This document shows positions 47,249-59,067 of a stretch of 64,000 bases of DNA, piece after piece. The stretch's first letter is position 1. Every line of letters starts with the position of its first letter. Origin of the DNA: Candidatus Marinacidobacterales bacterium (lineage in GTDB: Bacteria; Acidobacteriota; Vicinamibacteria; Marinacidobacterales; SMYC01); assembly GCA_965237955.1 (NCBI GenBank), contig OZ250169.1, positions 1,664,001 to 1,728,000 on the forward strand, read 5' to 3'. The notes under the pieces were generated by a model. It was not told the DNA's origin. It made no database searches and saw only the letters and a list, made by a program, of their open reading frames with translations. The translations under genes and the position numbers were made by a program.

Positions 47249-50200
47249 TGATGACGAACTCGGATGCCGTCTACGAACCCCGCCATTCGGTCCGATTCGT
47301 CACCGCAGCGTCTCTGTTCGACGGCCACGACGCTTCCATCAATATCATTCGCCGGCTTCTCCAAGCCCGAGGCGTTGAAGTCATCCATCTCGGACACAAC
47401 CGCTCGGTCCTCGAGATTGTCGACGCTGCTATCCAGGAAGACGCGCAAGCGGTCGCGGTCAGCTCCTATCAAGGCGGACACAACGAGTTCTTTCGCTACT
47501 TGGTGGATTCGCTGCGAGAGCGCGGCGCGTCTCACATCAAGATTTTTGGTGGCGGCGGTGGTGTCATCGTGCCGCGCGAGATCGCCGACCTAGAGAGCTA
47601 CGGCGTCAGCAAGATTTTCTCTCCCGAGGATGGTCGCAAGCTCGGGCTGGCCGGAATCATCGACGAGATGGTACGCGGTGCGGATTTTCCGCTCCAGCCG
47701 GTCGCGACCAACGGCGACCTGTCATGGCTCGCCGACGGCAACATGAATCGACTGTCGCGCCTCATCACCCAGGCGGAGACGAATGGAAACGGAACCGGCC
47801 TCAGTGCAGAACTAGAAGAGGCGCTGGCAACGGCCGTGTCGAAAAAGACCGTTCCCGTCGTGGGGATTACCGGCACCGGAGGCGCCGGTAAGAGCTCGTT
47901 GACCGATGAGCTCGTGCGCCGGCTCATCGCCGATGCCCCGAAGCTCGAGATTGCCGTCTTGTCCATCGATCCGTCGAAGCGGAAAACCGGCGGGGCGCTC
48001 CTCGGCGATCGCATCCGCATGAACGCCATCGATCGCGAAGGTGTCTTCATGCGGAGCCTGGCGACGCGCGGCTCCGGCTCCGAGATCTCGCACGCGACCG
48101 ACGAGGCCATCCGTATCTTCAAAGCGTCGGGATTCGATCTGATCCTCGTCGAGACGAGCGGAATCGGTCAGGGCTCCTCCGCAATCGCGGACATCTCCGA
48201 TATCAGCCTCTACGTCATGACGCCCGAGTACGGCGCCGCCTCGCAGCTCGAGAAGATCGACATGCTCGATTTCGCCGACGTCGTGGCCATCAACAAATTC
48301 GATCGACGCGGCGGCGACGATGCGCTTCGCGATGTCCGCAAGCAATTTCGTCGCAACAAGCAGATCGCGCACGACGTCCCTGACGATGCGCTGCCGATTT
48401 TCGGCACGATCGCGAGCCAATTCGGTGATCGTGGTGTCACCGCGCTTTATCTTCATTTACTGTCTCTCGTGCGTGAGCTTCAACCGCGATTGCCCAGCTC
48501 GAAGCTCGTGGTCGAAGAGGGTGTCGTCACCGGCGAGCGACACGCGCTCATCCCCGACAACCGCGTCCCCTATCTCGGCGAGATCGCCGAGCTCTCGCAC
48601 CGGGAGCGCGATCGCGTCGAAGCGCAGGTTTCCATCGCCAGGCGTCTCTATCAGCTCGACGGCGCGGCCAAAGAATGCAGAGATCCGAAAATCGCAAAAG
48701 CGCTCCACGAACGATTCGACGCGCTGCGAGAAGAGCTCGACGACGAGAGTTTTGCCCTCATCGAGACGTGGCCCGAGCTCAAAGAGCGCTACGCGCAGGA
48801 CGAAGTCAAATTCGGGGTGCGCGATCGCGAAATCGCTATCCAAGCATACACAGATACGCTGAGCGGCTCGCGGATCCCAAAAGTCGCTCTGCCGCGCTAT
48901 CAGGACTGGGGTGAGATTCTTCGTTTTCGGTTGAGCGAGGGCTTGCCCGGGCAATACCCTTTCACCGCCGGCGTGTATCCGTTCAAGCGGAGCGAAGAGA
49001 CGCCGCGGCGGCAGTTTGCCGGCGAAGGCGGACCGCGTCGCACCAACGAGCGGTTCCACTACCTCTCGCGTAACGACAACGCGAAGCGGTTGTCGACGGC
49101 ATTCGATAGCGTGACCCTCTACGGGGAGGATCCGGACGAGCGGCCGGACATCTACGGGAAGATCGGCGAAGGCGGCGTCTCCATCGCGACGCTCGATGAC
49201 ATGAAAGAGCTCTACGCGGGATTCGATCTCGTCGGCGAGATGACGAGTGTTTCGATGACCATCAACGGTCCAGCGCCGACGATCTTGGCGATGTTCTTCA
49301 ACACCGCGATCGACCAACAATTCGATCGTTTCACCACCGAGAACGATCGTCCTCCGACGGAAAAGGAACGGGCGCGCATCGCCGGAAAAACCCTCGCGAG
49401 AGCTCGGGGTACGGTTCAGGCGGACATTCTCAAAGAAGACCAGGCGCAGAACACGTGCATTTTTTCGACCGAGTTCTCGCTACGGTTGATGGGAGATGTA
49501 CAGCAATACTTCATCGACCACGGAGTTCGAAATTTCTACTCGGTCTCTATCTCCGGGTACCACATCGCGGAAGCCGGGGCGAATCCCATTACTCAGCTCG
49601 CGTTCACACTAGCGAACGGCTTTACCTATGTGGAGTACTACTTGGCCCGCGGCATGGACATCGACGGGTTCGCGCCGAATTTGTCGTTTTTCTTCAGCAA
49701 CGGTCTCGATCCGGAGTACTTTGTCCTCGGTCGAGTGGCGCGAAGAATTTGGGCTCGCGTACTGAAACACCGCTACGGCGCCAACGAGCGCTCGCAGAAG
49801 TTCAAGTACCACATCCAGACGTCGGGCCGCTCGCTCCACGCGCGTGAGATTCAGTTCAACGACATTCGGACGACGCTGCAAGCACTGACCGCGGTGTACG
49901 ACAACTGCAACTCACTTCACACGAACGCGTACGACGAAGCGATCACGACACCGACGGAAGAGTCGGTGCGACGCGCGATGGCGATCCAGCAGATCATCAA
50001 CCGCGAGTTTGGGGTGACGAAGAACGAGAACCTACTCCAGGGCTCGTACGCTCTCGAGGAGCTCACCGATCTCGTGGAAGAAGCGGTGCTGGCGGAGTTC
50101 GAGCGGATCAACGCCCGCGGTGGTGTGCTCGGTGCGATTGAGCTGCAGTATCAGAGGAGCCGGATTCAAGAAGAGTCGCTGCACTACGAGCTCATGAAAG

Positions 50201-50517
50201 ACAGCGGGGCGCTTCCGATCGTCGGCGTCAACTGCTTCTTGGCTCCGGAGGCGGCCCTAGATAAGCCCAAGCCCGCGCCCGCGCCCCAGTTAGCGCGCGC
50301 GAGCGCCGAAGAAAAACTCGATCAGATCAAACGGCTTCGCAAATTCAAAGCTGACCATGCCGCCGAGACAGAGAAAGCTCTCTCTCGTTTGCAGGCCGTC
50401 GCGATGGAGCAAGGCAACGTGTTCGCCGAGCTCATGCATGCGGTTCGCGTCGCGAGCCTCGGTCAGATAACCCATGCGCTTTATGAAGTCGGTGGCGAGT
50501 ATCGGAGGGCGATGTAG
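47248..50517 (+). CDS. icmF: Fused isobutyryl-CoA mutase / MeaB-like GTPase
   Basis: N-terminal B12 domain [14 protein letters not shown] GTPase, mutase barrel with RQFAG (Phe, not the Tyr of MCM). Confidence 0.93.
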   Translation: MMTNSDAVYEPRHSVRFVTAASLFDGHDASINIIRRLLQARGVEVIHLGHNRSVLEIVDAAIQEDAQAVAVSSYQGGHNEFFRYLVDSLRERGASHIKIFGGGGGVIVPREIADLESYGVSKIFSPEDGRKLGLAGIIDEMVRGADFPLQPVATNGDLSWLADGNMNRLSRLITQAETNGNGTGLSAELEEALATAVSKKTVPVVGITGTGGAGKSSLTDELVRRLIADAPKLEIAVLSIDPSKRKTGGALLGDRIRMNAIDREGVFMRSLATRGSGSEISHATDEAIRIFKASGFDLILVETSGIGQGSSAIADISDISLYVMTPEYGAASQLEKIDMLDFADVVAINKFDRRGGDDALRDVRKQFRRNKQIAHDVPDDALPIFGTIASQFGDRGVTALYLHLLSLVRELQPRLPSSKLVVEEGVVTGERHALIPDNRVPYLGEIAELSHRERDRVEAQVSIARRLYQLDGAAKECRDPKIAKALHERFDALREELDDESFALIETWPELKERYAQDEVKFGVRDREIAIQAYTDTLSGSRIPKVALPRYQDWGEILRFRLSEGLPGQYPFTAGVYPFKRSEETPRRQFAGEGGPRRTNERFHYLSRNDNAKRLSTAFDSVTLYGEDPDERPDIYGKIGEGGVSIATLDDMKELYAGFDLVGEMTSVSMTINGPAPTILAMFFNTAIDQQFDRFTTENDRPPTEKERARIAGKTLARARGTVQADILKEDQAQNTCIFSTEFSLRLMGDVQQYFIDHGVRNFYSVSISGYHIAEAGANPITQLAFTLANGFTYVEYYLARGMDIDGFAPNLSFFFSNGLDPEYFVLGRVARRIWARVLKHRYGANERSQKFKYHIQTSGRSLHAREIQFNDIRTTLQALTAVYDNCNSLHTNAYDEAITTPTEESVRRAMAIQQIINREFGVTKNENLLQGSYALEELTDLVEEAVLAEFERINARGGVLGAIELQYQRSRIQEESLHYELMKDSGALPIVGVNCFLAPEAALDKPKPAPAPQLARASAEEKLDQIKRLRKFKADHAAETEKALSRLQAVAMEQGNVFAELMHAVRVASLGQITHALYEVGGEYRRAM

Positions 50518-50520
50518 ATC

Positions 50521-50958
50521 ATGTCGGCCGTCGGCCATCGGCCATCAGCCATCAGCAAGACAACGCGTCCCCTACGTGTGCTTATTGCTAAACCCGGGTT
50601 GGATGGGCATGACCGGGGGGCGCTTGTCGTCGCACGCGCTCTGCGTGATGCGGGCATGGAGGTGATTTATACTGGCCTCAGGCGTACTCCGGAGCAAATT
50701 GTTGAGGCAGCACTTCAAGAAGATGTCGACGCAGTCGGTGTCTCCGTTCTTTCGGGCGCCCATCAGCACTTGCTAGCCCGCATCCTCGAGCTGTTACGCG
50801 AGCAAGGAATGGACGACGTGACGGTGTTCGTGGGCGGGATCATACCCGATCAGGACATTCCGGAGCTGCTCGAGATGGGGGTCGCTTCCGTCTTCCAGCC
50901 AGGCGCATCCACCACCGAGATCGTCTCGCTGCTGCGCGAGCGCCTAAAGCCTTCGTAA
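50521..50958 (+). CDS. Stand-alone cobalamin-binding (acyl-CoA mutase small subunit) protein
   Basis: [23 protein letters not shown]. Confidence 0.92.
   Translation: MSAVGHRPSAISKTTRPLRVLIAKPGLDGHDRGALVVARALRDAGMEVIYTGLRRTPEQIVEAALQEDVDAVGVSVLSGAHQHLLARILELLREQGMDDVTVFVGGIIPDQDIPELLEMGVASVFQPGASTTEIVSLLRERLKPS
50524..50556 (+). repeat. 7-nt tandem repeat GCCRTCR x4
   Basis: GCCGTCG GCCATCG GCCATCA GCCATCA. Confidence 0.9.
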
Positions 50959-50983
50959 GGAAGGAATTATGATACTGCATTGG

Positions 50984-51013
50984 TTGACACGTCCCGCGGA
51001 CGCGTGCTACTAT
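50984..51013 (+). promoter_or_regulatory. Sigma70-type promoter
   Basis: TTGACA-N18-TACTAT with extended TG. Confidence 0.7.
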
Positions 51014-51101
51014 TCCTAACTCTCAGAGTCACGCTCTCGAATCGCGATTCAACACACCGAAAGAAGGACCGTTCGAACTCGCATAGCCGGAAGGAGGCGC
51101 G

Positions 51102-52793
51102 ATGGGACACAAGATCCTGCTCGCCGACGACAGCATCACGATTCAGAAGGTTATCGAGCTCACGTTCTCCGATGAGGATTTCGAGCTCCACACAGTCGGA
51201 AACGGGCAGAAGGCCATCGACGAGATTCGCGCCATCCAACCGGACATCGTGCTCTGCGACATCATTATGCCCGAGAAGAACGGGTATGAAGTTTGCGAGT
51301 TCATCAAGTCGAACGATGAGCTCAGACATATCCCTGTCCTGTTGCTGACTGGCGCCTTCGAGCCGTTCGACCAAGAGCGCGCCAAGGCAGCCGGGTGCGA
51401 AGGTTTTCTCGCCAAGCCCTTCGAGCCCCAGACGTTGATTTCCGAGGTCAAAGAGCTTCTGGCAAGTGCTCAAGGCGCACCCGCTGGCGCTGCAGCGCCC
51501 CCCGCCGCCATGCCGCCGGAGCCCCCCCCAGTAGCCGCGCCACTGATGCCCGACACCGTGCAAAACGCCGGACCCATGGCGGGAGAAGGGGACGAAACCG
51601 TGTTGGTTCCGCCTCCGACGATGGGTGCACCGCCGCCCGCTGTCGGCGGGCCTCAAGTACCCGCGACGCCGACCGTGCCCCCAGCCGACGACCCGTCGCC
51701 AGGCCTCGGCGAGGCGTTCGCGGTAGAAGCGGGCGAGCGCGAGCTCGCCATGGATCCTGGCGATCACACCGTGCTTCTCGGCGCGAACGACTCCCCCGCA
51801 CCACCGGCAACGCCGCCCGGTGCTTCCGACGATATCTGGAGCGACGCCGGGTCGTCTGTGTCGCCTTTGCAGCCCGTCCAGCCGGCTCCAGAGTCGGATC
51901 AAGACGATGGAGCGACCATCTTCATGGCGGAACCGCCCCCGATCAACATGCCCGCGCCTCCCGGTGAAGCGAGCTTGGGTGGTCCCGTCGACAACGAAAT
52001 GAGCGTCGGAGACGAAGACCCGGAAGCGACCTGGCAGATGCCGCCGTCGACGCCCGGGATTCCGGATGCTCCGCTTCCGGCGGCAGGGGATCTCGGTGGT
52101 TTCGAAGACTTCGCCGCGGCGCCGCCCGCGGCGGGTGAACCGCCGCCGATGGCCGAGCCTCCCGCGATGGACATGGTGCCGCCCCCGCCTGCGATGGCAG
52201 CAACGCCGGACCCGGGCGTCGATTTGTTTACGCCCGATCCTCCGGAGTTGGGGTCCACCAACGAAGTTTCACCGGTCGAGATGACGCCCGAGTCCATTCC
52301 GTCGGTCGACACCCAATCCACGATGGATCCCGTCCGTGCAGGCGGTGACGCCTTCACACCGCTGCCGTCCACGCCCGAGCCCGCGAACCCGGAGCCTCCG
52401 CAAATATCGGAGATGCCAGCTATGCCGACGGAACCGGAAACGCCATTTACACCTGTGGAGCCCGCGAACGAGCGAGAATCCTTGGACGCACCCGCGCCTC
52501 CGGTGTTGCCATCGCCCGAGCCGACTCCGGTTGCGGAGGCGCCGCCCGTGGTACCCGTAATGCCGGTCACGGATGCATCGATGGAGTCACCTCTGTCGAC
52601 ATCCGACCCTCAGGTGCCCGCTGCTACTAGCGACGACGACGACCTCGTCGAACGCGTCGCCGAGCGCGTGGTTGACAAGCTTTCCTCCAAGATTATCCAG
52701 GAGATTGCCTGGGAGGTCGTTCCGGATCTGGCCGAAGGCCTAATCCAACGAGAGATCGACGTCCTGAAGTCGAAGATTCCCAAGTCGGGGTAG
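51102..52793 (+). CDS. RomR-like response regulator (receiver + long Pro/acidic linker + conserved C-terminal helix)
   Basis: LLADDSITIQKV, DIIMP, KPF; about 380-aa low-complexity linker; IQEIAWEVVPDLAEGLI. Confidence 0.85.
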   Translation: MGHKILLADDSITIQKVIELTFSDEDFELHTVGNGQKAIDEIRAIQPDIVLCDIIMPEKNGYEVCEFIKSNDELRHIPVLLLTGAFEPFDQERAKAAGCEGFLAKPFEPQTLISEVKELLASAQGAPAGAAAPPAAMPPEPPPVAAPLMPDTVQNAGPMAGEGDETVLVPPPTMGAPPPAVGGPQVPATPTVPPADDPSPGLGEAFAVEAGERELAMDPGDHTVLLGANDSPAPPATPPGASDDIWSDAGSSVSPLQPVQPAPESDQDDGATIFMAEPPPINMPAPPGEASLGGPVDNEMSVGDEDPEATWQMPPSTPGIPDAPLPAAGDLGGFEDFAAAPPAAGEPPPMAEPPAMDMVPPPPAMAATPDPGVDLFTPDPPELGSTNEVSPVEMTPESIPSVDTQSTMDPVRAGGDAFTPLPSTPEPANPEPPQISEMPAMPTEPETPFTPVEPANERESLDAPAPPVLPSPEPTPVAEAPPVVPVMPVTDASMESPLSTSDPQVPAATSDDDDLVERVAERVVDKLSSKIIQEIAWEVVPDLAEGLIQREIDVLKSKIPKSG

Positions 52794-52795
52794 CA

Positions 52796-53623
52796 ATCGC
52801 TCCTGAAGGTCAAGGCCTCGGCGCGCGGCTTCGTCAAACGGGCCGAGAGAAAACGCGCTGGGGTGACTTCATCCTCACGCTAGATCGCGCTGTCTCCACG
52901 AATGACGTCGCCCTTGATTACGCGCGCAAGGGCGCTCCTCACGGAAGCCTCTTCATTGCCAGGGAACAGACCGCGGGGAGAGGTCGGTTCGGCCGACGGT
53001 GGGAGTCCCATCCGGGTGGGCTCTACCTAAGCGTGCTCCTCAGGCCACAACCAGGTGATCGCGATCGCGTGGCGCTCTTGCCTCACTTGAGCGCGGTCGC
53101 AGCTGCGGAAGCCGTGATCGAGACCACCGCGCTCGACGTGCGGCTACGTTGGCCGAACGATCTCTACACGAGCGGCCTCAAACTGGGCGGTGTCCTTTGT
53201 GAAGGCAGCTTCAGAGGTTCCGAGGCGGAAGCGTTCGTCGTGGGGATCGGCATCAACGTGAACCAACGGGTGGAGGCTTTTCCGGCGGACGTACAAGAGC
53301 GAGCAACAGTCTTGTCCGAGCACGCGCTCGGCACGCTCAACAGGCGTGACGTCGCCGCGCGTGTCGTCACCAGGCTCGAGACGTGGTGGAGGCTCGGTGA
53401 GCCAGCGCGGATCCTCGCGCGGTTCCGCGAGCTCGCCGAAGGCGCAACCGGCCACCGGATCCACGTCCAACCGCGAGACACTGAGAGTGAGCCGTTCGAA
53501 GCAGTGACCCGCGGGATCGCGGACGACGGCGGGCTCATCGTCGAGCTCGATGACGGAGAGGAGCGGATCTTGTACTCTGAGGATGTTGTCCAACTGCGGG
53601 ACGGTGATGACCGATCACGATGA
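52796..53623 (+). CDS. birA: Biotin--[acetyl-CoA-carboxylase] ligase (start codon unclear)
   Basis: In frame upstream of ORF 53033: STND, EQTAGRGRFGRRWES, LYLS; then RWPND, KLGGVL, GIGIN. Confidence 0.88.
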   Translation: MAPEGQGLGARLRQTGREKTRWGDFILTLDRAVSTNDVALDYARKGAPHGSLFIAREQTAGRGRFGRRWESHPGGLYLSVLLRPQPGDRDRVALLPHLSAVAAAEAVIETTALDVRLRWPNDLYTSGLKLGGVLCEGSFRGSEAEAFVVGIGINVNQRVEAFPADVQERATVLSEHALGTLNRRDVAARVVTRLETWWRLGEPARILARFRELAEGATGHRIHVQPRDTESEPFEAVTRGIADDGGLIVELDDGEERILYSEDVVQLRDGDDRSR

Positions 53624-54272
53624 ACCTGATGAACATGATGAACAGGGCTACTTCGGAGACGTCGAGGCCTATTTCATCGAGCGCCGGGGGAGCCCGCTGT
53701 TCATCACCCCCGCCGAGTGGTTTCTCGTCTCGAAGTGGGAACAGAAGGGCATTCCATTGCACGTGGTTCAGGAGGGGATCGACCGCGTGTTCGAACGCCC
53801 GCAAGCCGCGGCGAAGCCGCGCAAGCTCGGCTACTGCCGGCAAACAGTCGAAGCGGCGTTCCGTCGCTTTCGCGAAGTGACGCTCGGCGGCGGTGAAGAT
53901 CCCGCTCCGGTCGAAGACCGCTTCGATGCCGCGGCACATCTCTCGCGTCTCGCCTCGAAACTGAGCGGTCTGAGCAGGCTGGCGGTGGCGCCCGAGCTCG
54001 CCGCGCGAGTGGAGGCGCTCGGCGGTTCTGGGGAAAGTCTTCAACGTATCGAGGACGCGTTGACTGCCATCGACGACGAGCTCGTGGAATTCGCCGAGGA
54101 CGCGCTCGAAGAGAACGATCGCGACGCGCTTCTCTCGGACGCGGGTGCTTCGTTGGCGTCGTATCGAGACCGGATGCCGGACAAAGTTTATCAGTCGGCG
54201 TTGAAGAGCGCGTACCGCAGACGGCTGCGAGACAAAGCGAAGCTCCCACGTTTGAGTCTCTACGATCGATAG
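53607..54272 (+). CDS. Conserved hypothetical helical protein
   Basis: YF..VE.YF.ERRG.PL..TP.EW..W...GIPL..V..GID..F..LGYC. Confidence 0.7.
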   Translation: MTDHDEPDEHDEQGYFGDVEAYFIERRGSPLFITPAEWFLVSKWEQKGIPLHVVQEGIDRVFERPQAAAKPRKLGYCRQTVEAAFRRFREVTLGGGEDPAPVEDRFDAAAHLSRLASKLSGLSRLAVAPELAARVEALGGSGESLQRIEDALTAIDDELVEFAEDALEENDRDALLSDAGASLASYRDRMPDKVYQSALKSAYRRRLRDKAKLPRLSLYDR

Positions 54273-54280
54273 CTTTTTTG

Positions 54281-55594
54281 ATGACGAGCTTCGACGTCAA
54301 GATCGAGAAAATCGTCGCCGGCGGCGACGGTCTCGCGCGACACGAGGGGCGTGTCGTTTTCGTACCCGAGACCGCGCCGGGCGAGCGCCACCGTGTGGAG
54401 ATCGTCCAAGCAAAGAAAGACTACCTTCGGGTCGGAAGCGTCGCCTGCCTCGAGTCGTCCCTGTCCCGCCGAGAAGCCCCCTGTCCGTACTACGGGCGCT
54501 GCGGCGGCTGCTCGCTGATGCACCTCGATCTCGACGCGCAGCTCGAGGCAAAAAGGGGCATCCTGTTGGAAAGCTTCGGCCGAAGTGGAGTCGAAACGAG
54601 CGACATCCCGCTCGAGCTCACGCCCTCGCCCGAGACCGGCTACCGAACGCGTCTACGATTCCACGTGTCCCTTCGGAGCGATCGGCTAAGAATGGGGTTT
54701 CGTCGCCGGGGCAGCCACCAAGTGGAAGACGTCGAGAACTGTCGACTCGCCGGGAGCGGGCTCAACGAACGCTGGCGGCGGATCAGGCGTTTCTTCGAGA
54801 ACGAATCTTCCATAGCACGCGGCCTGGTGTCGATCGAGCTACAAGAATCCAGCCACGACCCAGGGAGGGTTGTCGGGCATTTTCTCGTCCGATCTAGTGA
54901 TGAGCTTCGTCGATTCGACCGCGATGTTCGCGACACGCTGCTCCATCGGGCCTCACTCGAGGGCCTGGTGGTGGCTGCGGGGTCTCACGACGTGCGCGCC
55001 GGCCGGCCCTCGGTGCATCATCAGGTGGGCCACGTCTTGCTGCGCCAGAGTGTCGGAGCCTTTTTCCAGACGAACCGCTTTCTGCTGGAGAAGCTGGTCG
55101 AGGTCGTTTCTCCCGAGGCGGATGTGGCGCGGCTCGTGGACTTGTATTGCGGCGTCGGTTTGTTTTCGATTCCCCTTGCGCGTCACGCGCGAGAAATCGT
55201 GGGTGTCGAAACGTCGCCGGTTGCCGTGCGCGACGCTGTCGCAAACGCCGAGGCTGCGGGCGTCGACAGAGCTCGGTTCGTCTGCGCCGACGCCGCCCGT
55301 TTCGCGGAAGGCTTTCGTTTCGGCCGGGACGACTACGTCGTCGTCGACCCGCCCCGAGGCGGACTCGCGCGCGCGATCCGAAAAGCGCTCGCGAAGAGCT
55401 CGGTTCGTCGAATCTGCTACGTGTCGTGCGATCCACCAGCGTTCGCCCGCGATGCAGCCGCGTTTCTCGCGAACGGCTTTCGCATCGACCGTCTCCACCT
55501 TCTCGATTTCTTTCCGAACACCCATCATTTCGAGACGGTGGCGGCGCTCTCCCGCCCAGCACTTGATTCGGCCCCCCAGGAGGGACGATACTAG
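54281..55594 (+). CDS. TRAM-domain RNA (uracil-5-)-methyltransferase (RlmD/TrmA family)
   Basis: CPYYGRCGGC, FFQTN, DLYCGVG, DPPRGG, YVSCD, FFPNTHH. Confidence 0.93.
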   Translation: MTSFDVKIEKIVAGGDGLARHEGRVVFVPETAPGERHRVEIVQAKKDYLRVGSVACLESSLSRREAPCPYYGRCGGCSLMHLDLDAQLEAKRGILLESFGRSGVETSDIPLELTPSPETGYRTRLRFHVSLRSDRLRMGFRRRGSHQVEDVENCRLAGSGLNERWRRIRRFFENESSIARGLVSIELQESSHDPGRVVGHFLVRSSDELRRFDRDVRDTLLHRASLEGLVVAAGSHDVRAGRPSVHHQVGHVLLRQSVGAFFQTNRFLLEKLVEVVSPEADVARLVDLYCGVGLFSIPLARHAREIVGVETSPVAVRDAVANAEAAGVDRARFVCADAARFAEGFRFGRDDYVVVDPPRGGLARAIRKALAKSSVRRICYVSCDPPAFARDAAAFLANGFRIDRLHLLDFFPNTHHFETVAALSRPALDSAPQEGRY

Positions 55595-55692
55595 CTTTGC
55601 GCACAGCTTCTCCGAGACAGCTAAGACGTACAGAATCGAGCTAACGCTCGATATCAACGAGTGGCTGTTCGAAGCGATTGGGAGAGCGTTCG

Positions 55693-56613
<921 letters not shown>

Positions 56614-56635
56614 TTTCTAGCACGGGCGCGCGGTT

Positions 56636-58995
56636 GTGAGGGCGCCCGCGCTGCCGCTTTGCCTCGCCCTCGTCGTCGGCATCCTGGCGCCCCCTCGGTT
56701 GAGTCCGCTGCAAGCGTTTGGCGTTGCATCCTTTGCGCTCGCGGGCGCTTTTTTGTGTGCGGCTCGGCATCGCGCGATCTCGGGATCTATTTGTGTCGTC
56801 GTGGCGTTCGCTGTTCTCGGAAACGTGGCGAGCGCGCTGCATACGCATGCCGTGGAACGCTCCGAGCTTCTCCTGGCCTACGAGCGATTTGGCGAGCGCG
56901 TATTCTCCTCGCCGCGCCTTACGACGGGACGGCTCCGCCGGGAGCCGGAAGCACGTGCCGACGCTACGCTTCTCAGCGTCGACGTCGAAAGTATCGTCAT
57001 CGGTCGTCGCGACATCAAGGCCGCGGGCGGTCTGAGGGCGAGCGTACGGGGCGAGCGGAGAGCGGCCCTCGAAACACTGGTTGCCGGCGATCGCGTGCGC
57101 TTTTGGGCGGTGGTCCGGGAGCCCGTGTTCTTCAGCAATCCCGGGAGCTTCGACGGCGCGCGCTATCTAGCGCGGCAGCACGTCGATCTGTTGGGCTCGG
57201 TCAAAAGCGGCCTTCTCGTGAACCGGGTTCAAAGCTCGCCGACGCCGTCGGCGTTCGTATCGCGTCTGAGGCGTCGGGTTTGGAACGCCTCGGCACGGAG
57301 CTTCGATCGCCGCCATCGCCGGATGCCTTCGGGGTCGTCGCCGCGCTCGTGACCGGTGTTCGCACCGAGCTTTCACCGGAGCTGATACGTCTCTACCAGC
57401 GGGCCGGTATCTTCCATGTCATGGCGATCAGCGGCGCTCACGTCGCGATCTGGATCGCGTGTCTCTATGCTTTGTTCCGGTGGATGGGGCTCAGCACGCG
57501 CGCGACGCTGGTTCTGTTGATGTTGGTGCTTCCGCTCTACGCCGTCTTCTGTGGCAACCGCGCGCCCGTTGTCCGCGCGGTGCTGATGGCGTTGCTTCTC
57601 ATGGGTGCCCGCCTTCGGAGCCTCAGAGCGCCGGCCGAGAACGCGCTCGCGGTCGCTGCGTTGATGCTCCTCGCGTGGGAGCCCGCGAGCCTGTTCGATG
57701 CTGGCTTCCAGCTCACGGTGGCGGCGATGGTGACCATTGTTGCTTTTTACGAGCGCTTCGCCGAGTGGCTCGCGCCGCTCGGCTTCCTCGCCAAGCCGCT
57801 CGCGGTCTCGATCGCGGCTCAACTCGGCGTCATGCCGGTCGCGGCGTGGCATTTTCATCGTTTGAATCCAGCAGCACCGCTGGCCAGCCTCGTGGGCATC
57901 CCCGTCGCCGCGGCGATTTGTATTTTGGGTGTCGTCCTCGTCTTCGTTTCCGGTATTCCGGTTGTGGCCGCGATCGTGAGTGCCGCGACGCGCCTCGCGG
58001 TAACCGTTCTTACCGGTGTTGCGGAGCTTGCGGCAGAGCTTCCTGCCGGCTCGATCCGCGTCGGCGCGCCATCATGGATTTTCGTCGGCGTGTACGTGGG
58101 CGCGCTCATCGCTCTACTGTCGACATCCAAGCGTCTTCGCGCGAGTGGAGGCCTACTCCTCGGCGTTTTGCTCGTCGCCGCAATCTTTCCGTTGCGCGCG
58201 AGCCCGGGAGTGCTCGAAGTCAACGCGCTCGACGTGGGGCACGGTGATGCGATTCTGTTGACGCTTCCGGACGGGGGAAATGTTTTGGTGGACGGCGGTG
58301 GGCTGCCGTTCGCGTTGCTCGATGTGGGAGAGAGTGTCGTTCTGCCCTTCTTGCTCGATCGAGGCGTGCGAAGACTCGACGCGGTCGTAGTGACCCACGC
58401 GGATTTCGATCACATCGGCGGGCTCGCGACCGTCGTCAATGAGTTGCGCGTCGATGCGATCTGGCAGGGAAATCCTGACAGGAAACGTCCAGCGTATCGC
58501 GAGTTGCGCGAGCGCGCCGACGAACGGAATGTAGCGGTGCGCACTCTCAGAGCAGGTGAAAACTTCGAGCTCGGCGGCGCACACTTCGAAGTGCTGGCAG
58601 CCGGCGAAGGCTCTCTCGAGACGTCGAACGATCGCTCAGTGGTGCTGCGAATCGGCTACGGCGGGCGACACGTGCTACTGACCGGAGACGCGGAAGAGGA
58701 GCTCGAACGGCGCCTCGTTCGTTCGGGAATGGATCTCCGCGCTGATGTTTTGAAACTCGCGCATCACGGCAGTCGAAGCTCGAGCTCGAGCGCGTTCCTC
58801 GACGCGGTACAACCGCAGTTCGCCATCGTGTCCGCCAGAAGAAACCGCTCCCGCCCCATACCATCCGCGCTCGTGCTTCACCGTTTGCGCGAACGAGGCA
58901 TCGAATACGCAAGAACGGACCGCAACGGAACGGTAACGGTCCGCATCCACAAAGACGGCCAAATGGAAGTCTCCACTCACCGGCAGAGGAGGTAA
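56636..58995 (+). CDS. comEC: Competence protein ComEC/Rec2; frameshift near 57279
   Basis: DUF4131/OB region NPGSFD; HVMAISGAH; DVGHGDA, THADFDHIGG, TGDA, HHGS. Confidence 0.92.
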
Positions 58996-59016
58996 AAGAA
59001 AACGCAGGGGTTCTCG

Positions 59017-59064
59017 GCTGACGGCCGATGGCTGATGGCTGATGGCTGATGGCCGATGGCAGAT
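59017..59064 (+). repeat. 7-nt tandem repeat GCYGAYG x6
   Basis: Between convergent comEC and mazG. Confidence 0.92.
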
Positions 59065-59067
59065 CCT

